A stretch of 54,878 nt of DNA, the filler included, from Squatina squatina (Eukaryota): the NCBI GenBank assembly GCA_031763465.1. It is 3 parts of 3 records of this genome, joined end to end, with 100 filler letters (N's around TTAATTAATTAA, not from the genome) between each part and the next. Parts side by side here need not be neighbours in the genome. Positions count along the whole stretch, not along the records: positions 1 to 24,637 come from JARFOE010000192.1; 2 more parts are not named here. One strand, 5' to 3'. Of this stretch, positions 1-11,600 are shown one piece after another (within the stretch, counting starts at the first letter, position 1; every line of letters begins with the position of its first letter). The notes beneath the pieces are model-generated. The model was not told the origin of the DNA. It ran no database searches and worked only from the letters and a program-made list of their open reading frames with translations. A program made the position numbers and the translations under genes.

Positions 1-216
1 AGCTACCAAAGCTTCTCACTGTCAGTTCGAGTTGTGTGTTGGAGCACCCTCTAGCGTTCTGGTGACGCCCGTTGCATTTCTAACACACGATTCGATTTGC
101 AATTGCAAACGGTGCTTTTTTTCGCCACGTAAACATGAATGCAGCATGCCCTGAGTGTTGGTGTGGCGGGGGCAGTAGTTGCATCCTTGATCACACCCAA
201 ACTTCTTGGCACTCAC

Positions 217-331
217 CGCTGTTGCCACCCAGCTCCAGCAATCCAAACGGTGACACATGATGGACTGTCCTCTCGCCTCCAGCTCCTGCAGCAGCGGTTG
301 CGACACGAATGGCTTCACCAGCAAAGTCACT
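217..331 (-). CDS. Candidate internal coding exon of an unidentified gene ((R)VTLLVKPFVSQPLLQELEARGQSIMCHRLDCWSWVATA)
   Basis: Minus strand: acceptor atctttcag|AGTG and donor GCG|gtgagt. 115 nt, open frame with GC3-rich codons (CTG CTG CAG GAG CTG GAG) in an AT-rich background. Confidence 0.6.
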
Positions 332-483
332 CTGAAAGATATAATCAGACATCGATCAATCAATGGATTGAAATAATGAATTTCTCTGAAACACTGCATT
401 TGCAACACCACCTGTTCGAATATATCCACATTCCAATTTACAATATAGGAAAGACATACGACTACATAAATACACAAGTCTAC

Positions 484-537
484 CGTGCCTTGAGAAGTCC
501 CATCAGCAGCAGAAGCTGAAACACTGCAATCACTCTC
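484..537 (-). CDS. Candidate coding exon upstream of 217-331 (RVIAVFQLLLLMGLLKA, hydrophobic); alternative acceptor would extend it to 653
   Basis: Acceptor cgtttttcag|G (or ttttcatcag|GTG at 653) and donor GCACG|gtagac. The phase-2 end joins exon 217-331 in frame (CG+A = Arg). Confidence 0.5.
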
Positions 538-1578
538 CTGAAAAACGATCCCCTGTCAATAACCGGCAAAGGGCCCATTGCATCCTCCAAAACCTGCATT
601 GTTTTGTATGTTTTCAGTGCCAAAGGAAGAAAGTTTTCTTTTAACTGCAGCACCTGATGAAAAGTTTTTGATTTTGGGGGGAGGCGGGGNNNNNNNNNNN
701 NNNNNNNNNNNNNNNNNNNNNNNNNNNNNNNNNNNNNNNNNNNNNNNNNNNNNNNNNNNNNNNNNNNNNNNNNNNNNNNNNNNNNNNNNGCTTTTTTTTT
801 CATTTTCTTTGAGCGCATTCGTTTATTAGTTAGAGAAATGTTGGAGATAGAGGAAAAAGGCTGTTTGACTAGGCGGGGCAGGAGGTCGTGCAATGAAACC
901 TCCAGAATATGTTCGGCTGGAGTTGGCAACCCTAATTTACTTCCTCCCATAAACCATAACAAGCGTGAGCTCTGTGCCGAGCTAATCTTCCAATACAGGC
1001 AGCGTGCTCTACAGCTGGACACCACAGCATGGGAGACTTTTGCTGGTGTCTGGATCTGATAATCTGATCCCAATCACTTTGTCAAAAGTCAAACTAGCAA
1101 AGTCGCAGTCCAGGGTGTGCATTAATGCTCTGCACTCAGAGCCCAATAAACAAATTCACACAATTTAGCGCATTGTGATCAGAAAGCTCTAAATTCAAAA
1201 CAAACAGGATTAGCAGCTGTCATGTAAAGCATGTAACAATGACAAAGAAGTACAAGGACTGTATACCACTTAAAAGAGCTTTGCTGTCTTTCATTTTGAT
1301 GCTTTGATTATTTATTGTGCTGTGATAATGAGCTTATCACTGCTGTAATTGGAAACTCATTTTACAAGCTCTGCCTATCTTTTCATTCCTGATTTCCATT
1401 TAATGCTGCTTGAGTACACTTCCCTTATGCTAATCCATATAGCCAAGTGAAACTTTATCTTCACTATATATTTATACTACCTTTGTTTGTTGTCAAACTA
1501 TCAATAACTTCAATGACAATTTAGCACTCATGTTATCAAGTCAAGTGGACAAGGCCAAGAAATCTCTTATAATGTTAC

Positions 1579-1629
1579 CTTACACCTAATGACAGTCCCA
1601 TTGTCCTATTGGTGGATAGCTTTGGTTCA
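1579..1629 (-). CDS. Candidate first coding exon (ATG at 1601, MGLSLGV(R))
   Basis: Acceptor catttcttag, donor TAAG|gtaaca, ATG in ACAATGG Kozak context. Phase is compatible with exon 484-537. A 100-N gap lies in the putative intron. Confidence 0.3.
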
Positions 1630-2971
1630 CTAAGAAATGTTTAACACGCATGTGTGTGTATAAAGCACAATGGACACCTGGCAATAATTACTGGGGCAGT
1701 AATCTGATCAAGGAGTTCCAATGACGTCATACACTGTGAAAGGGAAGCTCAAGTGTTTTACAACTAACACCTGAATCCTAAAATGAGATGAGATGAGAGG
1801 TTTGGGAAACTGGGACTGGGACCCACCCCCTGCCAGTATTTGCATGCAGTGATTGAGGAAGGAGCAGTCAGCAGCAGTCCCATCGGTGGGAGGAAAATCC
1901 AGGTTGGGGTGAGCATCAGCAGTAGACCATGCCTCCAATTTTTCCTGCCAATTGGAGGGCAATGTCGAGATCTGGTTCTTCATCATTCAAAAGTAGAAAA
2001 TATGTCTTTTTTTTGATCCTGCTGTGTATTTCCAGCATTTTTTCATTCCTTATTTCAACTTTGCAACATTCACAATTTTTAANNNNNNNNNNNNNNNNNN
2101 NNNNNNNNNNNNNNNNNNNNNNNNNNNNNNNNNNNNNNNNNNNNNNNNNNNNNNNNNNNNNNNNNNNNNNNNNNNNNNNNNNNNNNNNNNNNNNNNNNNN
2201 NNNNNNNNNNNNNNNNNNNNNNNNNNNNNNNNNNNNNNNNNNNNNNNNNNNNNNNNNNNNNNNNNNNNNNNNNNNNNNNNNNNNNNNNNNNNNNNNNNNN
2301 NNNNNNNNNNNNNNNNNNNNNNNNNNNNNNNNNNNNNNNNNNNNNNNNNNNNNNNNNNNNNNNNNNNNNNNNNNNNNNNNNNNNNNNNNNNNNNNNNNNN
2401 NNNNNNNNNNNNNNNNNNNNNNNNNNNNNNNNNNNNNNNNNNNNNNNNNNNNNNNNNNNNNNNNNNNNNNNNNNNNNNNNNNNNNNNNNNNNNNNNNNNN
2501 NNNNNNNNNNNNNNNNNNNNNNNNNNNNNNNNNNNNNNNNNNNNNNNNNNNNNNNNNNNNNNNNNNNNNNNNNNNNNNNNNNNNNNNNNNNNNNNNNNNN
2601 NNNNNNNNNNNNNNNNNNNNNNNNNNNNNNNNNNNNNNNNNNNNNNNNNNNNNNNNNNNNNNNNNNNNNNNNNNNNNNNNNNNNNNNNNNNNNNNNNNNN
2701 NNNNNNNNNNNNNNNNNNNNNNNNNNNNNNNNNNNNNNNNNNNNNNNNNNNNNNNNNNNNNNNNNNNNNNNNNNNNNNNNNNNNNNNNNNNNNNNNNNNG
2801 GCAGAGAAAGCTTCTTAGAGAAAAAAAGAAAAGGTTTTCAAAAATGGAGTTTAGCAGCTTATTTTTTCACATGTAAACTTTTTCACGTACAGAAACTCAA
2901 ACACGCTCGGAATTGTGACTCACAGAAACCATCAGCACAGCTTAAATCTTTTCTTCCTTAATTCTAAATGT

Positions 2972-3120
2972 TACAACAACAACAACAACTTGCACCTTTA
3001 AACATAGTGAAACATCCCAAGGTGTTATAAGACAAAAAATTTGACATTGAGCCATAAGAGCAAATTAGGGCAGGTGACCAAAAGCTTGGTCAAAGAGGTA
3101 GGTTTTAAGGAGTGTCTTGT
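2972..3120 (-). mobile_element. L2-clade LINE 3' end fragment
   Basis: (caa)n tail followed by aaacatcccaagg...gaccaaaagcttggtcaaagaggtaggttttaaggag...gggaattccagagcttag. This is the reverse of the L2 C-terminal KLWNSLP...KTYLF region and the same family as 48135-48460. Confidence 0.8.
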
Positions 3121-4974
3121 AGGAGTGAAGAGAGGTAGAAAGGCAATGAGGTTCAGGCAGGGAATTCCAGAGCTTAGAGCTCTGTCACATTTCAGATTTT
3201 CAAACTATGAGGCCACATAGGGACCTTGGTGAAATATGCTACTGTTGAGCTAAACCTAGTTCTCAAGGAGTTAAGTTCACAAGGCTGTGGGGCGGACAAG
3301 TATAAATTAGGTTTCAGATGGGTTGTCTGAACCAGGTGCTGTCGACAATGAAAGACAGTGTGACATTCCAATGATCATTCACACTCATTGCTACCACGTC
3401 AACTCTTCATCGAAACTCAGCAGGGGTCATTGCCAAGTTAAGCTGGTGGCCTCTGTTCTTTGGATAGGGGAAGGAAATAGTAAGTTTGACTAAAAGCTGA
3501 CACTGGAGCCAGGCCTATTTGTGAGCTGTGAGCACAGAACTGGGTGGGAGTTCAGTGAATCTGCTAAATAGAAAGGCTTTCTAAACAAGGTGACGAGGAG
3601 AATTCGGTGCAGAGGGGGAAGGAGTTGCTAAGTAATTTAAACCAAGGGGCAACAGTAAATATGTAAATAAGTAAANNNNNNNNNNNNNNNNNNNNNNNNN
3701 NNNNNNNNNNNNNNNNNNNNNNNNNNNNNNNNNNNNNNNNNNNNNNNNNNNNNNNNNNNNNNNNNNNNNNNNNNNAGAGAGTAAGTTTCACAAAAACAAT
3801 GGCCCTGAAATTGTGACCGGAGGAAGCCCCGATCGCGATTTCAGGCCCAATTTCATTTTTGGAAACTACATGCATTTTCCAGTGTTGTTGAATGTTGTAG
3901 TCTTTCATCTTAGTGCCACATTAAACATTTGAAGAACTGCTGAATATGCTGTAATCTAAACATTAACTCCTGTCAATCCTTTTTTTAAATTACTTCTCAG
4001 AATGCAAGTCTCTAAGGGACACAAAAAAGTGAGAAGAAAAGTTTTTTTTGCAGACAGGCTGCTCAGCAATAGAAGCGCGATAGAATGGAAATTATTCAGG
4101 AAAATAATAGGCATTCCTGCCTTGGTTTACCTGTGCATAGTGCTATGTTACAGCTTCACAGATGAACCAAATTGACCCTCTGCAGAGGTCTCTGTGATAG
4201 ATTTTATAATGGAGTTCAGTTAATGTTTATGATACCAAGATTACACAAATCACCACAGCTGTGTGAGTTCTGAAGCACTGGCTAATGAAAAATGGACCCA
4301 CACTGGTGTGTAGCATAGTGAAACTCTGAGCCAGTTTCTGTAATTACTGCTGGCATGTGACTGGGGGCACCTGCTGTGTCCTGACTGGTCTACTCAATCA
4401 GCCATTTATCCTTAAACTACTGTAACATGAAAAGAAGAGGCATTCTTTTAATGGTTTTAAAAAAAAACTTGTCTGTTATCCAGTTCAGACTGTTTGCTGA
4501 ATGGAATAATTCCTAGACGAATAACACATTAAAAAAAGCGAGTAGTTAACTTGTTCATGTCTAATAGCTGTCATTAATTACCAGAAAAAAGAAATACGAT
4601 TTAAGCAATCAAGAAAACGCAGCTTGGACTATTTTTCTGAATGTGCTGCAAGGCAGGCAAGGAGCAGTTGGGTAGAATAGCCAGTTTCTGTGCTGTATAT
4701 TCTATGTAAAAGGCTTATTGCATTCAGAAAATCAGCCCATAATGCAAACATTTTTCAATATAATGTTCTACTATCTTTACAAAATAATGAAAGCACTATA
4801 TAGAAGAGAATATAAAGGCCTTATTACTTTTACTATTATCCAATATATTTGCAGTGGTGCAGACATTATTTGCTGTCCTGGAGGTGAAGGAAGATTTGCC
4901 TGGGTGAATGAGCTGAAATAATGGCTCGGATTTTGCATTTGGTATGGTGGCATACTCTTTTGAAATCCACCGCA

Positions 4975-5150
4975 AGTTCAGGATTTCCGCATGCACTTGC
5001 CCATGCGCAAAATCCGGAACTTGCGGTCTGTCAATTACGTGTTGTCAGGCCATATGCGTGGGCCACGAAAAAGCAATTGCTGTTGCAGAGTTGGGCTATT
5101 TGCAAGTCTCTCGCCAGCAATTGCGCACAGAAATGTTACGGTTGATGCAA
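4975..5150. repeat. GC-richer MITE-like interspersed repeat with internal hairpin
   Basis: caagttcaggatttccgcatg...catgcgcaaaatccggaacttg forms an imperfect inverted repeat; CpG-rich relative to flanks. Confidence 0.45.
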
Positions 5151-5296
5151 ACAGGGGGAGAGCCTGTTTGCATCAGCATAAGGGGATTTTTCAGGCATGA
5201 TTGAAACATTTTCACATCGTAAGTTATACACATACACTGCATCAAAGGAGTTTCTGCAAATATTGGCCCGGATTAGTTTTAATGATGTCTTAACTT

Positions 5297-5373
5297 ATCA
5301 AAAATTGCTGGAAAAACTCAGCAGGTCAGGCAGCATCTGTGGAGAGAAAAACAGAGTCAACGTTTCGGGTCGA
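5297..5373 (-). mobile_element. Penelope-like element-derived repeat (truncated by gap)
   Basis: aaattgctggaaaaactcagcaggtcaggcagcatctgtggagagaaaaacagagtcaacgtttcgggtcga. Diverged copies at 23935-24040, 25220-25300 and 35820-35895. The reverse strand ends in a GAAACGTT hammerhead-like half. Confidence 0.55.
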
Positions 5374-5473
5374 NNNNNNNNNNNNNNNNNNNNNNNNNNN
5401 NNNNNNNNNNNNNNNNNNNNNNNNNNNNNNNNNNNNNNNNNNNNNNNNNNNNNNNNNNNNNNNNNNNNNNNNN

Positions 5474-5522
5474 CAATCTTCGTGTCGTCTGCAAATTTAC
5501 TGACCCACCCTTCGACTCCCTC
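5474..5522 (-). mobile_element. CR1 LINE reverse transcriptase fragment
   Basis: Encodes EEGVEGWVSKFADDTKI (FADD catalytic motif of CR1 RT). Confidence 0.85.
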
Positions 5523-5564
5523 TTCCAATGCTGAAACTATTCCCACTGGAGCAGTGAAAGCTAA

Positions 5565-5740
5565 CAAGAGATCTATTAGAGCTTTTCAAAATTAGAAAGG
5601 ATTTTGATAGGGCTGAATAAGAAAATATTATTACCTCAGGTTTGGAAGTCAGTGACTAGGGTTCATCAATTCAAAATTGTCAATAAGAGAGTAAGGAGAC
5701 AGGTTGGGATAAATCTCTTTGCACAAAAGGTTATTGAATT
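5565..5740 (+). mobile_element. Old degraded CR1 ORF2 C-terminal fragment
   Basis: RDLLELFKI..GFDR...SVTRVHQFKI..KRVR...NLFAQKV resembles the CR1 tail (RGDLIEVFKIMKGFDRV...TRGH..K...FFTQRV). Confidence 0.6.
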
Positions 5741-5837
5741 GACCTTTTGGGATGTATTTTCAGATTTCAGAGGGCAAATATTCCACTTATTTCACATGGG
5801 CATAAAGCATCCCTTTGTCAAAACACATAGAGGAATA

Positions 5838-6292
5838 TCATAGTATGATACAGCACAGAAGAAGGCCATTTGGCCCATTGTGCCTGTGCCGGCTCTTTGA
5901 AAGAGCTCTCCAATTAACCCCACATCCCAGCTCGTTCCCCACAGCCAAGCATTTTTTTCTTTTTGAAGTATCCAATTCCCTTTTGAACCTTTTGTTGAAT
6001 CTGTTTCCAATACCCTTCCAGGCAGTGCATTCCAGATCATAACAACTCACTGTGTAAAAAAAAGGTTTTCTCATGTCGCCTCTGGTTCTTTTGCCAATCA
6101 CCTTAAATCTGTGTTGCCAACCCTTCTGCCAGTGGGAACAGTTTATCCTTATTTACTCCATCAAAACCCTTCATGATTTTGAATACCTCTATCAAATCTC
6201 CCCTTAGCCTTCTCTGCTCTAAGAACAACCCCAGTTTCTCTTGACTCTCTGCGTAACTGAATTATTTCATATCTGCTACCATTCTGGTAAAT
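5838..6292 (-). mobile_element. CR1 LINE 3' end (ORF2 C-terminus and 3' UTR)
   Basis: Minus-strand IGKRTRGDMRKPFF and IWNALPGRVLETDS motifs, plus the gccattcggccc-type 3' UTR. Near-identical family at 50188-50460 and 50675-50979. Confidence 0.9.
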
Positions 6293-6671
6293 CTATACAT
6301 CAGACAGGAAGGGTTGTATGTATGTAATGAACCTTGTCCAATTTTTCAGCCAGTAATTTAAATAGACAGTAAATCAGGCAGGCACCATTACACATGTGCG
6401 ATCCCTCCCCATCCAATTTTCCTCTATGTGCTGCACACAGGGGACCATTTATGCTCATATGCAATGAGGAAAATCAGTCCTCAATAATCTACATTCCAGC
6501 ATGAGTCACTGGATAACATTGAGGATCAGGGAATCTCGATGATTTTCTCCTCCATTGCCCGGAGGCTTTAAGGTCTATTTTTTGTAACACGACTGTTTTA
6601 GTTAAAATCAGCTAAGCACCACAGACCCAGGATTGAACCTATAGCTCTCTGGTTTGTATGGATCATTGACA

Positions 6672-6765
6672 CAACAACAACAACTTGTATTTATATAGCT
6701 CCTTTAACATAGTGAAACATCCCAAGGCACTTCACAGGAGTGTTATGATATCAAAAAAAATTGAC
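6672..6765 (-). mobile_element. L2/SINE 3' tail fragment
   Basis: (caa)n-cttgtatttatatagc...aaacatcccaaggcacttcacagg; same tail as 2972-3120. Confidence 0.7.
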
Positions 6766-8264
6766 ATTCCAATTTTACCAACGGAGCAAAATCAACAAAA
6801 TTTTTCAATTTATGTGATGCATAGTCAGATGATTAATTCATCTGAAGTCATAACGTGTCTTGGGGCACTGCAGAATTTAAAGGGCTGATGGCGAAAGGTA
6901 TATAAAAACTGCCTATGTACAGAGTGAGTTGACATAAATCNNNNNNNNNNNNNNNNNNNNNNNNNNNNNNNNNNNNNNNNNNNNNNNNNNNNNNNNNNNN
7001 NNNNNNNNNNNNNNNNNNNNNNNNNNNNNNNNNNNNNNNNACACATTCCCACTGATTTGGGTTGACTTGTCACTAAATAGGAAGTATGAAAACAAAGAAA
7101 AGCTAGATAACACGATCGTGGGTAGGAGTGTCGGAACTGTGAAAAGCTGCAAATGTTTCAGTTAGTGAAACACTGGTACAGTTATCACGGTTTTATTCTT
7201 ATTTTAATTTATTACATTTTCAGGGCTAAACCCATGTGGCTAATTTGTAAGGGAGACTTAACGTTTTTGGATATAGAGCAGAAATCTTGCCCTGATCCTT
7301 CAGAAGTTAATATCTAACAATGTATTTTCAAAGTTCTGGTCTAGTATTCTTCTGTTGCCATGGAAATGTTTCGTAATCCTCAGTGGAAAATCTGAAGTAA
7401 AAGCTATCTATAAGATACTTGAGCTCACGCTGCCATAATGATGTTAACACTGTTTGCTGTGACTGATTGGTTACACGTAAAAATTTAGTTCCAGTCTGCT
7501 GGCAGAAATTTTCTGCCTAAAGTTGTCCGACCCCTGCATAGTCCAAATGCACCATTCCTGCAGTAAATAACATTAAAGTGTGGAATTTGTTATCTCCAAC
7601 AGCANNNNNNNNNNNNNNNNNNNNNNNNNNNNNNNNNNNNNNNNNNNNNNNNNNNNNNNNNNNNNNNNNNNNNNNNNNNNNNNNNNNNNNNNNNNNNNNN
7701 NNNNGTGGGTTATGATATTTCTGAATCCCTCAATTGTGCTCAAGCTGTCTAACTCCTTGCTACGTATCCATTATTCTATGGGTATATTTGACAGTTTCAT
7801 TGTTCTGCCTTTGTTTAAATGGAAGCTTGCCATCCAATGCAATGAGAAGGCATTTTATTGTTCAAGAATTATTTTTCTGGCAGTCAGAAGGCACAGCTGG
7901 GAGTGATGCCAATCTTAACTCAACACAATCAAAATAGGAGATTTTGTAAAACCTAATCCCTAACAACATTGGCGGCATTTAGGATTCTGCCTGTAGTCAA
8001 GCACCAAAGTAAAGCAAGATTTTTTGATGGTATTATATAATGAAGACCCTATAACATTTCACAAAATTAGGAACCTTAAGTATTTATAAACTGAAAGATA
8101 AATGTCATCTGTCCAATAAATGATTCAAAATAAACAGGAACCTGAAACTCCATGGGGGTTCCACCAGTCTCCCACTGAAATCCAACGGGAGATCAAAGAG
8201 CCCCTGCAGAATTTCAGGGTGCAGGTTCATGATCTTTAATAATTTCACATTCCATATGTATGGG

Positions 8265-8478
8265 CTAAATATTGACCAAGGCATCAAAAGAACACCACTA
8301 CTCTGCTTCAAAATAGTGTCATGGGATATTTTATGTTCCCTTGAGGGAAGAAGGGGCTTGGTTTAATATCTCATCCGACAATACAGCACTTGCTGTGCAC
8401 TGGAGTGTCATCCTGAATTATGTGCTCAAATCCCGGGAGTGGGATTTGAACCTATGATGTCCTGAGCCAAGGCTGACA
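8265..8478 (-). mobile_element. tRNA-derived DeuSINE (SacSINE1-like), degraded
   Basis: The reverse strand has a B-box head (ggttcaaatcccactcc) followed by the Deu domain, homologous to 46469-46654. Confidence 0.75.
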
Positions 8479-9639
8479 AAGGCTATCAAAACTCAGGCCA
8501 TCATTATTTACAAAATGGTGAGCTGGTAGCCTGGAGGCATGCTTGAACTTGAGCTAGTCATTAAATAATAGGTCAGGAGTTCAATGCAGTTCCCATCCAT
8601 GGGAATCCACATGGTGTGTGTGTCTATTTGACTCGCCAGGTGTCAGACAAATTCAGTCTACTCTTATTATTTCAAAGTTACTTTTTGGATGGAAACAATT
8701 CAGGTTATCCAGTGATATGAGTTAAGCGACTTAATTCAAACAGTATTTTCCTTTTTTGCATTGAAAATAAAATCAAATTAATAAATAATTTGAATGAAGC
8801 AACTTTGAATTAAAAGAAGTAGATTTTAATATGTGAAGAAATTATTTTTCTGGAGAGTTTTACTTTCCTCAGTAAATCTGACCCAGACTTGTGAGACTTT
8901 CCCATTTGAGCTGGTATTCATACTCTGGTCACCGAGGTCAGAGTCTAATCAAATTCACCAGAACTTCAGCACTGACTATAATGAGTATGTGAGTTAGTTA
9001 AATATATCGAGTGATGTGTCATGGGTAGTTATGGTCTCCTGGAGCTTGCTTGATTGCCTTAGGGTATTGGAAAGAGTTACTCAGAATTTTTGTGAAATTA
9101 CCCAGCAATTCTCTGTTTTTTTGGCATCCCCCCAGCAGTTAATGTTATTAATGGTTGGGGAGGCCAGAGCTTGCACCACCTAATGAGGATTGATGGGCCT
9201 GATGAATCTTGCCTCACCTTTTGTACCTGAATTCACAAAAACANNNNNNNNNNNNNNNNNNNNNNNNNNNNNNNNNNNNNNNNNNNNNNNNNNNNNNNNN
9301 NNNNNNNNNNNNNNNNNNNNNNNNNNNNNNNNNNNNNNNNNNNTATATAGAGGCTATTTTGTCAAAAGGATGAAAAGATGGGAATAAAATGAAGCAGCTA
9401 GGTTCAGATGTCATGCTATGGGAACAGCAGAGTTCTGAGCCTGAGAGTCATATATGGAGAGCAGAAGGTTAATCCTTGTGATAACAAACTGATTTTGCTT
9501 CAATCTTCCATGACTTCTTGTTGTGCTGTATACCTGTGTAATCCTGTCTGTCCAGCTGTCCCTGGGGACCTGTCTGCAGTCTCGCTTGAACCAACTTTAC
9601 TTTTGTCTGTTTGTTAACCTTTCTCTCTTGCTTTTGCAG

Positions 9640-9656
9640 GACATTAAGGAACTTAG
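9640..9656 (+). CDS. Candidate 17-nt micro-exon (GACATTAAGGAACTTAG)
   Basis: Long polypyrimidine tract with ttaac branch-like site, acceptor cttttgcag, donor TAG|gtaaac. Two open frames (DIKEL, TLRNL). Confidence 0.35.
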
Positions 9657-10574
9657 GTAAACAGGCAGTTTTCCCAGATCAATCACAACATTAAAGGATG
9701 GTCTTATTTCCTGACATTAATGCAGAGCATTGTTAGTGGTCAAAGGTCCATCAGTTTAAATCTGCATCATCTGCTTCTTGAAATCTCTTAACTTTGAAAT
9801 CAAGAATATTTTAAATAAAACTATTTTGGCAATGCTCTCTTTTATAATTCTACCTAAATAATACATACAGATTTCAAATTCAGATTTTTGTTTACCATTG
9901 CATGTTTTGCTTTGCTGTATGTTCTCAGTTTNNNNNNNNNNNNNNNNNNNNNNNNNNNNNNNNNNNNNNNNNNNNNNNNNNNNNNNNNNNNNNNNNNNNN
10001 NNNNNNNNNNNNNNNNNNNNNNNNNNNNNNNTTTTACAGTATTTCATTCTTATTAACACAAGGCCATTGATTCGAAACTATTTTATATTTTTAACAGTTC
10101 TTTGTATAGCTCCTGTGTTGCTAGTATAATTCCTGGTGCCTTGTTTTTGTGGCATTGTAAATTTGGTCTCACATTTGGAGCCTGAGTGTCTATTGGATTA
10201 TCCTGCACTTTGATGTGCTTCTTTTCCTTACAGATTCTATACATAACTGCATAAGTGTGCAGGTTTTGGGGTTCACTTCTGCTGATCATTAGTATTTTTT
10301 TAGAGTTTGGTCAATTTAATGATTTCCTGCCTTCAATGTAGAAGAAATTGTGATGGGATAACTGTTGTCCAATCAAGCAAAAATAGTAAAGATATTTTCA
10401 AGTGAGCTTGGCCAGAACTATATTAACGTGTATATAGGTTACATCTCAAACTTAAGCCTTCCTCCAGAAAAATAAATTATCAGTGTGTAGTCTGCCATCC
10501 AACTCAAACNNNNNNNNNNGATGCAAGTTAATGCAGTATGTTGAATTTCCCAGATAAAATCCCATTGTAATAAA

Positions 10575-10845
10575 TCTTTCTTTGACAGCACCTCCTAGCC
10601 TGTGACATCTACTACCAAGAAGGACAAGATCAATATCCCGGGAGCCCCATCGCCTCCAAGTTCCTCGCCAAGTCACACACAATGCTGACTTGGACATATA
10701 ATCGCCATTTTTTTTATTGTCGCTGACTCAAAATCCTGGAATACCAATCATGGGTGCAGCCCACAAAGCCTGCAGAGGTTCAAGAATAAGGGCCACCAGC
10801 AGCTTCTCAGCGCAACTAGGGATGGGCATTAAATAAATGTGTCCA
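10575..10845 (+). mobile_element. Non-LTR retrotransposon 3' end fragment (recurrent shark LINE)
   Basis: gacagcacctcc...aagtcacacacaatgctgacttgg...aaaatcctggaat...ggttcaagaa...ccaccagcagcttctc...actagggatgggca, a degraded LINE C-terminus (W-N motif) plus 3' UTR. Clade not determined. Confidence 0.6.
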
Positions 10846-11464
10846 TTCAGCGAATGAAGTGGCATTCTACATTTAAAACCAAAAATAATTTGATTTTCTG
10901 ACACTGTAACAATAACATTTTTAACAGTGCAGTTATTTTCCATGATGTAATGCTACAATTGAAATAAGGAAATTCTTCGATATATGTTAAAATAATTGAA
11001 AATTATAACCTTAAAATGCTGATTGGAACGAATCTTCTACATTTTCATGTCCCAGTAAGAAAGCAATTGTTCCATTTTATTCAGTGTGCAATTTGACTCA
11101 AATCTCCTGATAACCAGTTATTTTTTTGTGTTGTTTCCAGTAGAAAGCTGTAGCTTTTAATCAAAAATCCTTCTCACTGCTGCGTAATTTCTCAAGTCAC
11201 CTTTTTTTTCACCCTTTCTCTTCGTTCACAGATTCTTTGCACGGTGCTAACTGTGTGCATTCTGTGAGCAGCTGTTTACCAGATTGGTTGCTTTTCTCTG
11301 TAGATTTTGATTTTCCTTTTGTTTTACTACGTTTTCTTCATTTGAAGAATAATAGCGCTTTAACTATGATGAAGTATTTTTTATATTGTTGGATCATCCT
11401 CACTGGGGGTGAGGGGATTATTTCGACACTGTGCGATATTGTACGATGAGTTATAATGATTTGG

Positions 11465-11600
11465 CATCCCACTTCACATTGCTTCCGATTTGTATTTCTA
11501 TTGAAGTTGTTTGAAGTAAAAATCGGGAGAAATGGAAATGAGCTGCTGACTCGCTATCACCTGTTTTGCACTATCGCATATTCAAGATCTAGTCCCGGGA
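11465..11600. repeat. Palindromic MITE-like repeat, copy 1 (copy 2 at 12444-12560)
   Basis: ttccgatttgtatttcta.tgaagttgtttgaagtaaaaatcgggagaaatg is present twice in the window; ccgattt...aaatcgg arms are self-complementary. Confidence 0.65.

Noticed and set aside
480-653. LALKTY resemblance to FANCC, and LLQELEARG (exon 217-331) resemblance to the UGT N-terminus
   Set aside because: Flanking residues do not match and the UGT GSHW motif is absent; no gene symbol assigned.
1929-2876. Long ORFs (315 and 264 aa) in the ORF track, and all other X-containing ORFs
   Set aside because: Their length comes from translating N gaps.
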